The notes below the pieces were generated by a model. That model was not told where the DNA came from, ran no database searches, and worked only from the letters and a program-made list of their open reading frames with translations. DNA of 62,541 nt, the filler included, from an uncultured Rhodopirellula sp. (GTDB taxonomy: Bacteria; Planctomycetota; Planctomycetia; Pirellulales; Pirellulaceae): the NCBI GenBank assembly GCA_964007735.1. It is 8 parts of 8 records of this genome, joined end to end, with 100 filler letters (N's around TTAATTAATTAA, not from the genome) between each part and the next. Parts side by side here need not be neighbours in the genome. Positions count along the whole stretch, not along the records: positions 27,079 to 35,442 come from CAXGAI010000098.1; positions 35,543 to 42,702 come from CAXGAI010000100.1; 6 more parts are not named here. One strand, given 5' to 3'. Below, one piece after another: positions 32,208 through 42,194 of the stretch. The stretch's first letter is position 1; every line of letters starts with the position of its first letter. The position numbers were made by a program, and so were the translations under genes.

Positions 32208-33157
32208 TGCGGAAACCATTTCTATCCATTATTGTCCCTTGCTATCGTAGTGGCGATTGGCTGGATGATTTAGCGAGTCGCGTTAAGTCTGTGATGGCTT
32301 CCCAGGGCTGGACCTATGAATTGATTCTTGTGAATGATAGTTCACCCGACTCAACATGGATCACCATTCAGAAAATTGCTGAGGCAGATGATTGTGTACG
32401 TGGAATTAACCTTGCTTTCAATACGGGCCAATTCAGAACGACCTTCTGTGGATTACAGCAGGCAATAGGTGAAATCGTTGTCACAATGGATGACGATTTA
32501 CAACAACCACCCGAGGAAATTCCGGCCTTAGTGGAGGCTTTGCGGGCCGACGACAACCTCGATGCTGTCTTGGCGAAGTACCAAGAAAAGAAACACGGCT
32601 TATTTCGCAATCTTGGCTCATCTACGATGCACACATTGTTTCGTCTTTCATATGGTAAGCCCAAAGAAATTCGAAGTACAACCTTTCGGGCAATGCGCCC
32701 GCAGTTGGTGAAGTCGATTTGCCAATACTCAACAGTCAATCCAAATATCAATCCACTGATTTTCCAGACAACACGGAAGCTTAAGGCCGTCAGCGTAAAA
32801 CACGAAGCTCGACAGCAGGGGCGAAGTGGATACGGAGCCTTTAAGTTATTCCGCCTGATGACGGATAACATTCTGAGTGTTTCCACGTTGCCATTGAAAA
32901 TCGTTACGACCATTGGAGTTTTAGCCGCATTCGGTAGCGTATTATTAGCGACTTACTACCTACTTCGATATTGGGTTGGTAACGGCATTAAAGAAAATAC
33001 CGGGTTTATGACACAGGTACTGCTGATTAACTTCTTTGGCGGTCTGACATTGCTTTCGGTTGGCTTACTCGGCGAATATGTCATCCGGATTATGGATGAA
33101 GTCCGTGGTAAACCACGTTTTCTGGTTAAGGAAACGACTGACTCGGAGGATCCCTAA
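32207..33157 (+). CDS. Glycosyltransferase family 2, polyprenyl-phosphate glycosyltransferase (GtrB/ArnC-like)
   Basis: SIIVPCY, ILVNDSSPD, TMDDDLQQPPEEI, GRSGY, two C-terminal TMs, GLLGEYVIRI..E.RGKP. Confidence 0.9.
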   Translation: MRKPFLSIIVPCYRSGDWLDDLASRVKSVMASQGWTYELILVNDSSPDSTWITIQKIAEADDCVRGINLAFNTGQFRTTFCGLQQAIGEIVVTMDDDLQQPPEEIPALVEALRADDNLDAVLAKYQEKKHGLFRNLGSSTMHTLFRLSYGKPKEIRSTTFRAMRPQLVKSICQYSTVNPNINPLIFQTTRKLKAVSVKHEARQQGRSGYGAFKLFRLMTDNILSVSTLPLKIVTTIGVLAAFGSVLLATYYLLRYWVGNGIKENTGFMTQVLLINFFGGLTLLSVGLLGEYVIRIMDEVRGKPRFLVKETTDSEDP

Positions 33158-34950
33158 TGGGGGAAACTTTGATGAAAGCCACTCTTATCCGGCAGGAAGC
33201 TCGCCGGGTCTGGATAACCGTATTTATTGGAGTTGTACTCTGCTTATGTACAGTGGCTTTGATACCCTCGACCTATGCAGAAGCCGATGATCTAGGCGCG
33301 CAAATGATCCTTGCTGGTGAAGATGGATTCGCTGCTGCTGCTGAAGTCCCATTTTTCTCAAGGACTCTTAATTACTTATTGTTTTGTCTGTACCAGTGGA
33401 TTCCGGCCTTCCCGTGGTATGGGATTTTATTAGTCATCACACAGGCCATAGGTTTGTCACTCCTTCTCTATTGTTTAATAGCGAAACTAAGAGAGACTCC
33501 CTGGCTGGGACTCGTTTTTCCATTCTTTGTGATTTTTAGTGCATACACATTACTCGAAGTGACATTTACTCAGGCAACGTTAACATTAATGTTTGGCGTC
33601 TCGGCCGTTATTGCTTCCCGACATGCACAGGTTCCATGGCCGCCTAAGACCCGGCTCGCATTGGCATTTCTTTTGTTATGGGCTTTTTTATGGCGTTGGA
33701 AATTTGGTATTTACTGTCTGGTGTTCTTTACGCCGTTGGCGGTGATTCAGTTTGAGCAATTGCGGCAGTACCTTGGGCTGCTCGGGATCGTACTGGGTTT
33801 GATCCTATGTGATCGTCTGATCGACTATGTTTGTGCCTCACCGGAATGGACAGAATATATTGAGTTTTATGACACGCGAGCGCAGTTATTTGATATGCCG
33901 GGGGGGCGAGCCGGCGAAAATTTAGCGGCCTCACTGCAGGCAGCTGGTTGGAGTGAAAGCGACTATCGCTTAATTCGTGAAACCTGGATGTTGTATGACG
34001 AACGATTAGTTTCAAAAGCATCAATCGAGTCATTTCTGGATGCTGTCGCAGATCATGGCGGAGCTTCGGTAACCGAGCAAATTGAGAGTAACCTTCGTGA
34101 GAATGCATCACTTCTGGAGGCGTTTTTGCCAATCGGAATCGCGGTCATCTTGCTGGGTTTCAAGTCGTATCTGGAGGATCCACTTTTGCGACGTAAGCTG
34201 CTGGCAATCACTCTGTTTTTGCTCCCGGTATTGTTCCTGGCATACTTCAGGCTTAAACCTAGAGTGCTTGTTCCCATTTTCCTGTATGGTTTTTGTTTAC
34301 TAAATATTTGGACCCCTGGAGAGGAAAGTGGAGATAGATTTGGCGGGTGGGGTCAAAAGGTTAATCTCACTTGGATTCACTTTTTCTGCTTTGTGCCGAT
34401 CGTCATTGGGTTAGGGATGAGTTGTTTGGTTCTAAAGCAACAGTGGGACAATGCTTATCAAAAGAAAGTGGGTTTAACTGCATCCTCAACGTTTATTGCT
34501 GAACTCAATAAACCAGTGACTCTGTTAAGAACTCAGGTGGGTGCCTTGCCTGGCTGGGAAGGTATTCATCCTTTTTCCCGGCTTAGTGATAGTAAAGAGC
34601 TCAGAATAATCCCAGCGGGATGGCAAGTCCGCTCTCCTCGATATCATCGAGTCTTGAAGGAATTAGGGTATGAAACAGGGGCAGCACTAATTGCAGGATT
34701 TGCTGCAGATCCGGATGATGGTCAGTACTTTGTTCAGCGTTTTAATCGAAACAGAGGTGTCGTTGAATTTTACAGTCAGCAATGGCTTCGTTATCTTGAA
34801 GAGTATCACGCTGATCGCTGGCTCAATAATCCTCAATTGGATGTGATTGCCATTGGGACATCAAAACGCAATCCTCAGCGTTTATCGCTCTTAAAGTTGT
34901 TGCCCAAGAGCGAGGAAGAGGCATTGCTAGAATCCCTTTTTCCGGAATAG
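33157..34950 (+). CDS. Polytopic membrane protein, putative GT-C/GtrC-like transferase
   Basis: About 10 hydrophobic segments; acidic EADD after the first TM; coupled to the GT2 gene. Confidence 0.6.
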   Translation: MGETLMKATLIRQEARRVWITVFIGVVLCLCTVALIPSTYAEADDLGAQMILAGEDGFAAAAEVPFFSRTLNYLLFCLYQWIPAFPWYGILLVITQAIGLSLLLYCLIAKLRETPWLGLVFPFFVIFSAYTLLEVTFTQATLTLMFGVSAVIASRHAQVPWPPKTRLALAFLLLWAFLWRWKFGIYCLVFFTPLAVIQFEQLRQYLGLLGIVLGLILCDRLIDYVCASPEWTEYIEFYDTRAQLFDMPGGRAGENLAASLQAAGWSESDYRLIRETWMLYDERLVSKASIESFLDAVADHGGASVTEQIESNLRENASLLEAFLPIGIAVILLGFKSYLEDPLLRRKLLAITLFLLPVLFLAYFRLKPRVLVPIFLYGFCLLNIWTPGEESGDRFGGWGQKVNLTWIHFFCFVPIVIGLGMSCLVLKQQWDNAYQKKVGLTASSTFIAELNKPVTLLRTQVGALPGWEGIHPFSRLSDSKELRIIPAGWQVRSPRYHRVLKELGYETGAALIAGFAADPDDGQYFVQRFNRNRGVVEFYSQQWLRYLEEYHADRWLNNPQLDVIAIGTSKRNPQRLSLLKLLPKSEEEALLESLFPE

Positions 34951-35442
34951 GATCCCTTGTTTCGGAGCCAGACTGTCTGGAATGGGAACGTAGTCCCGTG
35001 TTTTAAGGAGGTCTTTGGCTTTGATTCGCCGCTCGCTCCAACGTTTCTGGTCGGCTTCGCTAATCGTAGAGTCGGTTAGCAATAGCACAAACTCAGCACT
35101 GGTTTGCTCAAGCGGTGCCTGCCAGCTTTGGTCTTCTGAAGTGAATTGTCGCGTGCGGAAATTGTATCCGGTTTCGGTATCTGACAGGCTTTTGAGAGCG
35201 AAATGAATGTGGTTGTACTGTCCGGGCATGATCAGCATGCGAGACGCTGCCGGAATTTGTTCTTCCAGACGGGCAATCATGGCCTCCGTCTTGGGATCGT
35301 GAACAGCGGTGTGCTGGCGATCCCATTGTGTGGTATTCGGCATAGATAGGCGCAGTGGATGATAGCTATCGTTGTAGGGAGCAAACCAAATGCAGGGCAG
35401 TATTAAAATTGCGCCGACGATGATGCGTTTGCGTTTGGAATC
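34927..35442 (-). CDS. C-terminal part of a membrane-associated hypothetical protein (5' truncated)
   Basis: Frame open to contig edge (DSKRKRIIVGAILILPCIWFAPY...). Confidence 0.6.
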   Translation of the reverse strand, partial: DSKRKRIIVGAILILPCIWFAPYNDSYHPLRLSMPNTTQWDRQHTAVHDPKTEAMIARLEEQIPAASRMLIMPGQYNHIHFALKSLSDTETGYNFRTRQFTSEDQSWQAPLEQTSAEFVLLLTDSTISEADQKRWSERRIKAKDLLKTRDYVPIPDSLAPKQGILFRKKGF

Positions 35443-35542
35443 NNNNNNNNNNNNNNNNNNNNNNNNNNNNNNNNNNNNNNNNNNNNTTAATTAATTAANN
35501 NNNNNNNNNNNNNNNNNNNNNNNNNNNNNNNNNNNNNNNNNN
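35443..35542. other. Artificial contig linker
   Basis: N44-TTAATTAATTAA-N44. Confidence 0.99.
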
Positions 35543-35744
35543 TGCTACGGGATGCAGGCGCCGACAGCAGGTTAGGTTGAAGCTGGAGACGGCGCGGTTT
35601 TCAACCGAAACTTTACTGCCGACTAGGTGGACGAATTCGTGTCAGGCCGTTATTCGACCACCGAAACTTCAGCCCTGAATAAGCATGTAGACGTTGGAAA
35701 TTGGTTTAATTGGGACGGGGGTTCGACTCCCCCCGCCTCCACCA
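35543..35744 (+). ncRNA. ssrA: tmRNA, 3' portion (5' truncated by contig edge)
   Basis: TAAGCATGTAGA...GGACGGGGGTTCGACTCCCCCCGCCTCCACCA, the tRNA-Ala-like 3' end of tmRNA; no anticodon arm. Confidence 0.9.
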
Positions 35745-35759
35745 TTTTTAATAAGCGAC

Positions 35760-37085
35760 TTATTTAATAATCGCTTGTGAGACGAGTTTTTCGATTTCAC
35801 GCAGAGTATATCCGTGCGGTTGCTGAAGCATGATCACAACCACCAACTCGTTTTCAGGGTCAGACCATGACATCGTTCCAAACGCTCCGCCCCATCCGTA
35901 GGATCCTTTGCCACGATGATTTCCAGCTTCTTCCGGTTCCAGTGTGACGGCTACGGTGTATCCAAACCCAGTTCCTTTCTTGCCTTTTTTGCCCGCAGAA
36001 TAAAGTTCTCTCACCTGATTTTTACGCATCATAGCCACTGAATCTGGACTGAGAATTCGATGGCCAAACAGCACTCCTCCGTTTAATAGCATTTGCTGAA
36101 AATGCAGGAAGTCTTCTGCAGTACTCGAAAGGCCACCCGAAGCGGAGTAATAGTTGGTTCTCCTACCCCAGCCTTTCGCCTTCGCCCAATCCGCATTCAG
36201 AACAACCCTTTTGGTCTCCAATGTTTCCGGTAGATTGAAATAGGTACTGTTCATTTTTAACGGTTCAAAAATTCTTTCCCGGAGGAATCTGTCATACGAG
36301 GTTCCGGAAATAATCTCGATGACCCGTGCAACCACATCCAATCCCGTGCGAGGGCTGTAGCTCCAGCGTGTACCGGGTTGAAAGTCCAATGGCACTTTTG
36401 CGATCCTTGTCACATAAGTGGCAAGAGTATCCTCGGCTGTTCGTTTAACCGGATTCACAGCATGACCGTACCCACCGCTCATAATCCCGGAGGTATGTGT
36501 GAGCAAATGGTGAACTGTCACCGGGGTCTCCGCCGGCACAAGTCTGTATTTCGGAACATCAGTTTTGAATTTTTTCTTCGGTTTCGCAGAAGCCGACTTG
36601 GCCTCCTTGTAATTCGCATCAATAAGTTCGACCACTTTCACATTGGCGAAGGCCGGGATGTATTTGGAAACCGGATCGTTTGGTTGCATTTTGCCTTCTT
36701 CAATCAAGATCATTGCCGCTACACCCAGCACCGCTTTCGACGAGGATGCCATGCGGTAAATTGCATCATGCTCCATCGGCCTCTTTTTCTTCACATCCAT
36801 TTGCCCGTGCGATGAAAAATGGACCACCATTCCCCGCCGAGCCACTACAGTCACCGCTCCCTGAATATGTCCGGCGGTGACTTGTTCTTGAATGGCTGAG
36901 TCGATTCGACGCAGCCCTTCTGTAGTCATATCGACAGACTCCGGCTTGGCGGAGGGCATTTCTGACGGTTTGTGCTCGGGTACCCCGAACGCACCCGATG
37001 CCACAAAAAAGACACAAATTATCAACGCAGCCGTGTATCCAATTGCATAGGAATTTAGAATGGGGGTTCTTTGTAAATGAGTCAT
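35760..37085 (-). CDS. Serine hydrolase, beta-lactamase (class C-like) family
   Basis: IYRMASSSK (SxxK), HLLTHTSG, PGTRWSYS, GGLSSTAED, YGWGGAFGT. Confidence 0.9.
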   Translation of the reverse strand: MTHLQRTPILNSYAIGYTAALIICVFFVASGAFGVPEHKPSEMPSAKPESVDMTTEGLRRIDSAIQEQVTAGHIQGAVTVVARRGMVVHFSSHGQMDVKKKRPMEHDAIYRMASSSKAVLGVAAMILIEEGKMQPNDPVSKYIPAFANVKVVELIDANYKEAKSASAKPKKKFKTDVPKYRLVPAETPVTVHHLLTHTSGIMSGGYGHAVNPVKRTAEDTLATYVTRIAKVPLDFQPGTRWSYSPRTGLDVVARVIEIISGTSYDRFLRERIFEPLKMNSTYFNLPETLETKRVVLNADWAKAKGWGRRTNYYSASGGLSSTAEDFLHFQQMLLNGGVLFGHRILSPDSVAMMRKNQVRELYSAGKKGKKGTGFGYTVAVTLEPEEAGNHRGKGSYGWGGAFGTMSWSDPENELVVVIMLQQPHGYTLREIEKLVSQAIIK

Positions 37086-37211
37086 ATTTTCGTTTTTGAT
37101 CCCGGGACTTAGCCCAAGCGTTCTAAGGACAGTGACGTAAACTCTCATCTTTTGCAATCGACATTGCCCAATGACTTGAACTGCAACCGCCGCTTCGACA
37201 TCCTTTTCGGC

Positions 37212-38951
37212 ATGCTCTACTCGTCCATTTTGGTAGTAACTCTGTTTTCACTCCCTGCCCTTCTCTATTGCCAAGGTCAGGGCCAGGAGTCCAAATCCGA
37301 GTCTCCTCCCCTCAAAGTTGCGTCCCTCGAAGACTACCGCAAACATGCGATGTCTCGTGATGGCAATCCAGTAGCCGGAGAAAAACTTTTCTCGGCCAAA
37401 AAAACTCAATGCACCCTTTGTCATACGACTGACGGTAATGGCCGAATGGCCGGACCGGATCTTGCCGCAGCAGGCGATAAATTCTCCCGAGCAGATCTCA
37501 TCCAATCAATTTTAGAGCCTTCAGCGAACATAATGACAGGCTATTCACTCTCCGTGATTAAGACGAAGGACAATGCAGTCTTCAGCGGAATCATCAAGCA
37601 TTCGTCTGCCGAACAACTCGTCATCGCCGGCCCCGGGGATATTCGCCATCGCTTGGCCAAGTCAGATATTAAGGATCACTCGACCAGTCCGGTATCAATG
37701 ATGCCATCCAACCTTTACGCCACTCTCTCCAAGGACGAGTTTTCAAACCTAATTGCCTATCTGGAAAATCTGAAAGACAAGTCATCAACCGAACGTAACA
37801 CACAAGGAACACCCGCAGAAATTGAGCGATTGGCAGCACCAATCAAGTTAACCCCACTCTTCGGCCAATCGCTTGGCCTGCAAAAACCGGTCTGGTTTGG
37901 TGAACACCCCAGTATCGACAATATGTTTGTGGTTATGGAAAAAAGCCGTGCCCGGATATCCATTCTCGAGAAGGATGACGACGGGCGTGAAATACGATCC
38001 ACGTTTCTGGAGATTCCGGAGGAAGTGTATGTGACCAACGACGAAGGATTACTGGGCTTGGCATTTCACCCAAATTTCTCAGAAAACCGCAGGTACTATT
38101 TTATGCACGAGATAAAAGACGGTCCTCGACGCGGCATGATGATTGGGGAACGAATCGCCAACGAGAATCTTCGTAAAGATTCCGGAAAACCCACCCGCCA
38201 AGTCTTGGAGTTTGAAGTCGCCACACAGTTCCACCACGGTGGCGGACTGGAGTTTGGCCCGGACGGGTTTCTCTACATCGGCGTAGGAGATGGCGGGCCA
38301 CAGGAGGATCCCCACGGTCACGCCCAGGATTTATCCGATTATTCTGGCAAACTGCTCCGTATAGACGTAGATGACCAAAAAGGAGGTAAGTCATATGGTA
38401 TTCCAAGAGACAATCCTTTCATTAACCACGAGAATCATGAAGTCCTTCCGGAGATCTTCGCATACGGGTTACGCCAACCCTGGCGATTTAGTTTCGACCC
38501 TGCAAATGGCGAATTATGGGTCGGGGATGTCGGGCAAAATAGGTTTGAAGAGATCGCGATCGTTCGCGCAGGAGAAAACCACGGATGGAATGTCTATGAG
38601 GGATTCGAACTGTTTTCCACACGCTACCGAAAGGAAAAAAACGAATACACACCACCTGTCGTATCGTTTCGACGCAAACATGGAGTCTCCATCACTGGAG
38701 GGTACGTTATCCGGACAGAAACTGAAAAACCCTCATCTTTCGACGGTGTCTACATTTGCGCGGATTACCAGTCCAGACGCATCTGGGGAATTCGGCATGA
38801 AAATCGAAAATTAAAAACAATTCGAGAAATAGGAACATGTCCCGATCGTCTCGTCTCATTTGGACAAGATCGCAGCGGTAACATTTATGCGGTGGGGTAC
38901 AATCAAGGAATTATATATCAGCTCGATTTTGAAGGGGCAGTTTTCAAGTAG
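37212..38951 (+). CDS. Cytochrome c domain + PQQ-dependent glucose/sorbosone dehydrogenase family protein
   Basis: CTLCH, SILEPSA, SMMP; EGLLGLAFHPNF, HHGGGLEFGPDGFLYIGVGDGG, GLRQPWR, GDVGQ. Confidence 0.9.
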   Translation: MLYSSILVVTLFSLPALLYCQGQGQESKSESPPLKVASLEDYRKHAMSRDGNPVAGEKLFSAKKTQCTLCHTTDGNGRMAGPDLAAAGDKFSRADLIQSILEPSANIMTGYSLSVIKTKDNAVFSGIIKHSSAEQLVIAGPGDIRHRLAKSDIKDHSTSPVSMMPSNLYATLSKDEFSNLIAYLENLKDKSSTERNTQGTPAEIERLAAPIKLTPLFGQSLGLQKPVWFGEHPSIDNMFVVMEKSRARISILEKDDDGREIRSTFLEIPEEVYVTNDEGLLGLAFHPNFSENRRYYFMHEIKDGPRRGMMIGERIANENLRKDSGKPTRQVLEFEVATQFHHGGGLEFGPDGFLYIGVGDGGPQEDPHGHAQDLSDYSGKLLRIDVDDQKGGKSYGIPRDNPFINHENHEVLPEIFAYGLRQPWRFSFDPANGELWVGDVGQNRFEEIAIVRAGENHGWNVYEGFELFSTRYRKEKNEYTPPVVSFRRKHGVSITGGYVIRTETEKPSSFDGVYICADYQSRRIWGIRHENRKLKTIREIGTCPDRLVSFGQDRSGNIYAVGYNQGIIYQLDFEGAVFK

Positions 38952-38992
38952 GGTCCCCAATTCTGAACCTAGCATTTAACACATTCGGGGAA

Positions 38993-40030
38993 ATGCAATC
39001 CACCACCGCATTAATATTAATAACGGTGATAGGCTATACTACAGTTGTAGCTAATGAATCACAAGTCGAGCGACATCAGGAGACCTTCCCATCGTTACAT
39101 TCTCAAACAAAGGTAAAGCCAGTTTTGCATGTGGCAAACGGTCTGAACGAGGATGGTAAGTTGGTCAAGAATTACCGGCGTGGACTGGATTATGCAATTA
39201 ACTATTTTGGAAATTACGGCCCTTACCATGTTTATCTACTTGGGCCTGGAGACAAAAAAAGCATTTTGAACATTTACCGGGAACGAGCTAAAAGCAGGAT
39301 CAATCCTAATTCTACCATTTTACCCGACCAACAGATCAAGGAATACCTGCGGCGGCCTAACGTGATAAACGAGATTCAAGCTGTCTTGGAAGGAAAAGCC
39401 GAAGGCGGCCTCACTTGGAGCAAGCCTCCCCGGCGTGTTTATGAGGACGTCACCACGAATTCAATTGGACGCCAGAACGACCCAGTCGAAAACACCTGGG
39501 GAGCACTCCACGAATATCATCACGTATTCCAGATTGCCCATTGCGATTCATATGCCGATCGGGATTCCGACCGAAACCTCAGTTCGTGGATGTCGGAGGG
39601 AATGGCCACCTACAGTTCAGCAGTATTTATGGAACGACTTGGTTTGATAGACTTTAAAAAATATATGTTAGACCTAAGGGACAACGGGAGCAACATCGGC
39701 CGCCCCGGCATCAATGAATTCATCGCTGGCAAAGATGATTGGAGGCTGGACGATGAAAGTTACTGGGAATCAGGCGAAGCCCCACAGGTTTATTATATGC
39801 TTGGGGCGTGGGCCACGGCCTACCTTATCCACGAGAATGGCATCGAGGAAACCACAGTGCTCAAGGATTGGTACTTTGATGTTCCTAGAATTGGGAAAGC
39901 TGCGGCATTCAAAAAACATATGAAAATTCCTTTAGACGAATTTCTCGTGATGTTTGATAATTATATTAGGCAACCAAACGAAATGGTAATGAAAATATTC
40001 CAAAAACCAAACAACGAAACAAATGACTAA
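38993..40030 (+). CDS. Secreted hypothetical protein with HExxH zinc-metallopeptidase motif
   Basis: ALHEYHHVFQ followed by WMSEGMATY (gluzincin-type third ligand). Confidence 0.7.
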   Translation: MQSTTALILITVIGYTTVVANESQVERHQETFPSLHSQTKVKPVLHVANGLNEDGKLVKNYRRGLDYAINYFGNYGPYHVYLLGPGDKKSILNIYRERAKSRINPNSTILPDQQIKEYLRRPNVINEIQAVLEGKAEGGLTWSKPPRRVYEDVTTNSIGRQNDPVENTWGALHEYHHVFQIAHCDSYADRDSDRNLSSWMSEGMATYSSAVFMERLGLIDFKKYMLDLRDNGSNIGRPGINEFIAGKDDWRLDDESYWESGEAPQVYYMLGAWATAYLIHENGIEETTVLKDWYFDVPRIGKAAAFKKHMKIPLDEFLVMFDNYIRQPNEMVMKIFQKPNNETND

Positions 40031-40287
40031 CAAGACCACCCTTTCATTATCGTTTTTCTATTTTCTATACTGCAATCATATCCTGCCCCGATACATACAG
40101 CTGCCGTTAACACACTGCTTTGGACATCGCCAACGACTTGGGTGATCAACGGGTCATCGCCATCCTTAAATCCAACGGAGCTAAGGCCGAACAAAAATCA
40201 TTGTTATCGATCGGAATCACATCTTTAATAGAAATTTCTACCTTCATAATCACTCTTTTTACGTTATTTAAGCAAAAGAACAATTAG
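40023..40287 (+). pseudogene. Ankyrin-repeat protein remnant (frameshifted, internally deleted)
   Basis: Signal-like FIIVFLFSILQSYPA + PIHTAA in one frame, TALDIANDLGDQRVIAILKSNGAK in another. Confidence 0.5.
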
Positions 40288-40298
40288 TGGTAAAACGC

Positions 40299-41648
40299 AT
40301 GAAACAATTTATATTCCGATGGATCATAGTAGTACTGGCTCTGCAGAACACGTTTGCTATTCACGCAACAACAGAAACGAAACCCTACAATGTCATACTA
40401 ATTATGGCAGATGATTCTGCCGCAGACAATTACGGATGTTATGGCAGCACTTATTTCAAGACCCCTGTCTTGGATGAGTTAGCCAGAACAGGCGCAAAGT
40501 TCAATCACTGTTACTCTGAACCGGTTTGCACTCCAAGTCGGGTTAAGATCATGACAGGCAGGGACGGCATACGAAATTACGTTCAATTCGGTTCACTCGA
40601 CAGGGATGAAATTACTTTCGGTAATATGTTAAAGAAGGCCGGCTACACGACAGCGATAGCAGGTAAGTGGCAACTTCATAACGGTGAAAGAGGGACACTC
40701 GCGCCCGCTTGTGGGTTCGATACTTACTGTCTTTGGAATTATCCCGGCACCGGAAGTTCGAGGTACTGGAAACCTAGTATAATCCAAAATGGCAAATTGC
40801 TTGAGACCAAATCTACAGATTATGGACCTGACATTTTCTCAAACTTCCTTATCGATTTTATTCAGCGCAACAAAGATAAGCCTTTTTTCGCCTACTACCC
40901 CATGGTACTCGTGCATTCACCATTTCCAAAAACCCCAGATAACAAACCAAAAAATGGTAAAACTGCGCAAGGTAAGGGCCAGGCATTGCCAAATTTCCGC
41001 GACATGACACTCTATGCCGACAAAATAGTAGGTAGAATCATTTTAGCCTTGGAGCGGTATAATATCCGCGAAAAAACAGTGCTAATCTATACGACCGACA
41101 ACGGAACACACAGAAGTCTCTCCTATCCTTTTCAAAACGAAACACGCAAGGGAGAAAAAGCGTACGCCACAGATGGAGGTTCCCATGTGCCGCTCATTGT
41201 CAATTGCCCCGGAACGGTACCAAAGGGCATTGTCACCGATGACTTGGTGGATTTTTCTGACTTTCTACCAACATTAGCAGACATCACAGGGGCACCCCTA
41301 CCCCATGTCAAGTTGGATGGACGAAGTTTCTGGCCGCAGTGCCTTGGTAAAAAAGGAAATCCAAGAAAATGGATCTTCCAATACTACTATCCGAAATTTA
41401 CATCCGCAGCCAAGTCTCACGGCCAAGGAGTTGATGGGCTCGAAATCGTTTGGGCTCAAAATCAAAACTTTAAACTGTATCGAGATGGGACACTTTACTC
41501 TACCAAAGACAGGTATGAAAAACGGCCGATCACCATGGGAAAAGATTCAAAATCTGACCGTGTACGCTTTCTACTCCAAAAAGCCTTGGATTCCATGCCC
41601 AGTAAAGCTGCCAAATTGATTCCCAAATCGATCAACTCCAAGAAATGA
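40299..41648 (+). CDS. Sulfatase (S1, formylglycine-dependent)
   Basis: NVILIMADD, CTPSR, AGKWQ, TDNG, DFSDFLPT, LDGRSF. Confidence 0.93.
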   Translation: MKQFIFRWIIVVLALQNTFAIHATTETKPYNVILIMADDSAADNYGCYGSTYFKTPVLDELARTGAKFNHCYSEPVCTPSRVKIMTGRDGIRNYVQFGSLDRDEITFGNMLKKAGYTTAIAGKWQLHNGERGTLAPACGFDTYCLWNYPGTGSSRYWKPSIIQNGKLLETKSTDYGPDIFSNFLIDFIQRNKDKPFFAYYPMVLVHSPFPKTPDNKPKNGKTAQGKGQALPNFRDMTLYADKIVGRIILALERYNIREKTVLIYTTDNGTHRSLSYPFQNETRKGEKAYATDGGSHVPLIVNCPGTVPKGIVTDDLVDFSDFLPTLADITGAPLPHVKLDGRSFWPQCLGKKGNPRKWIFQYYYPKFTSAAKSHGQGVDGLEIVWAQNQNFKLYRDGTLYSTKDRYEKRPITMGKDSKSDRVRFLLQKALDSMPSKAAKLIPKSINSKK

Positions 41649-42184
41649 CCGGAAAGCCAGCAACCAAGACCATCCACCATCTGGTGATGATGTCGCCCGA
41701 TGAATTCCGTCCGAAATATATTAACCACGCTGGATTTAGAGTTCTTCAACTCACAACTCCCTCCCCGGAATTCAATTGGTTTATGTACCAGATTATTGGG
41801 CCCGATTACCGTTGGGGTGGCCGCAATGACTGGTCAAAAGAAAACTGGACCGCATTCGTCTCGAAACCATCTCTTGAGACTTGGGTTGCCTATCAGGATG
41901 GTAATCCTGTCGGATACTACGAAATGGAATTAATGAAAGATCGCACAATTAAGATTCACTGTGTTGGGCTTATCAAAAAATATATCGGGCTAGGACTTGG
42001 CGCCCACCTGTTATCACACTGCGTTGACCGCGGATGGCAACATAATCCCACAAAAATCACTTTAAATACGTGCTCACACGATCACCCAAGGGCGCTCCCT
42101 AATTACTTAAAAAGAGGATTCCGGTTGGAACACAACTCCATCGAACCGGAAAATTCAACTTGGGAATCTAAAATATTCAAGTGA
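41645..42184 (+). CDS. GNAT family N-acetyltransferase
   Basis: GLIKKYIGLGLG motif A; LNTCSHDHPRALPNYLKRGF. Confidence 0.88.
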   Translation: MTGKPATKTIHHLVMMSPDEFRPKYINHAGFRVLQLTTPSPEFNWFMYQIIGPDYRWGGRNDWSKENWTAFVSKPSLETWVAYQDGNPVGYYEMELMKDRTIKIHCVGLIKKYIGLGLGAHLLSHCVDRGWQHNPTKITLNTCSHDHPRALPNYLKRGFRLEHNSIEPENSTWESKIFK

Positions 42185-42194
42185 TGAGCAGATG

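Noticed and set aside
35543..37085. Genomic island integrated at tmRNA
   Set aside because: No integrase and no duplicated tmRNA 3' end in this contig
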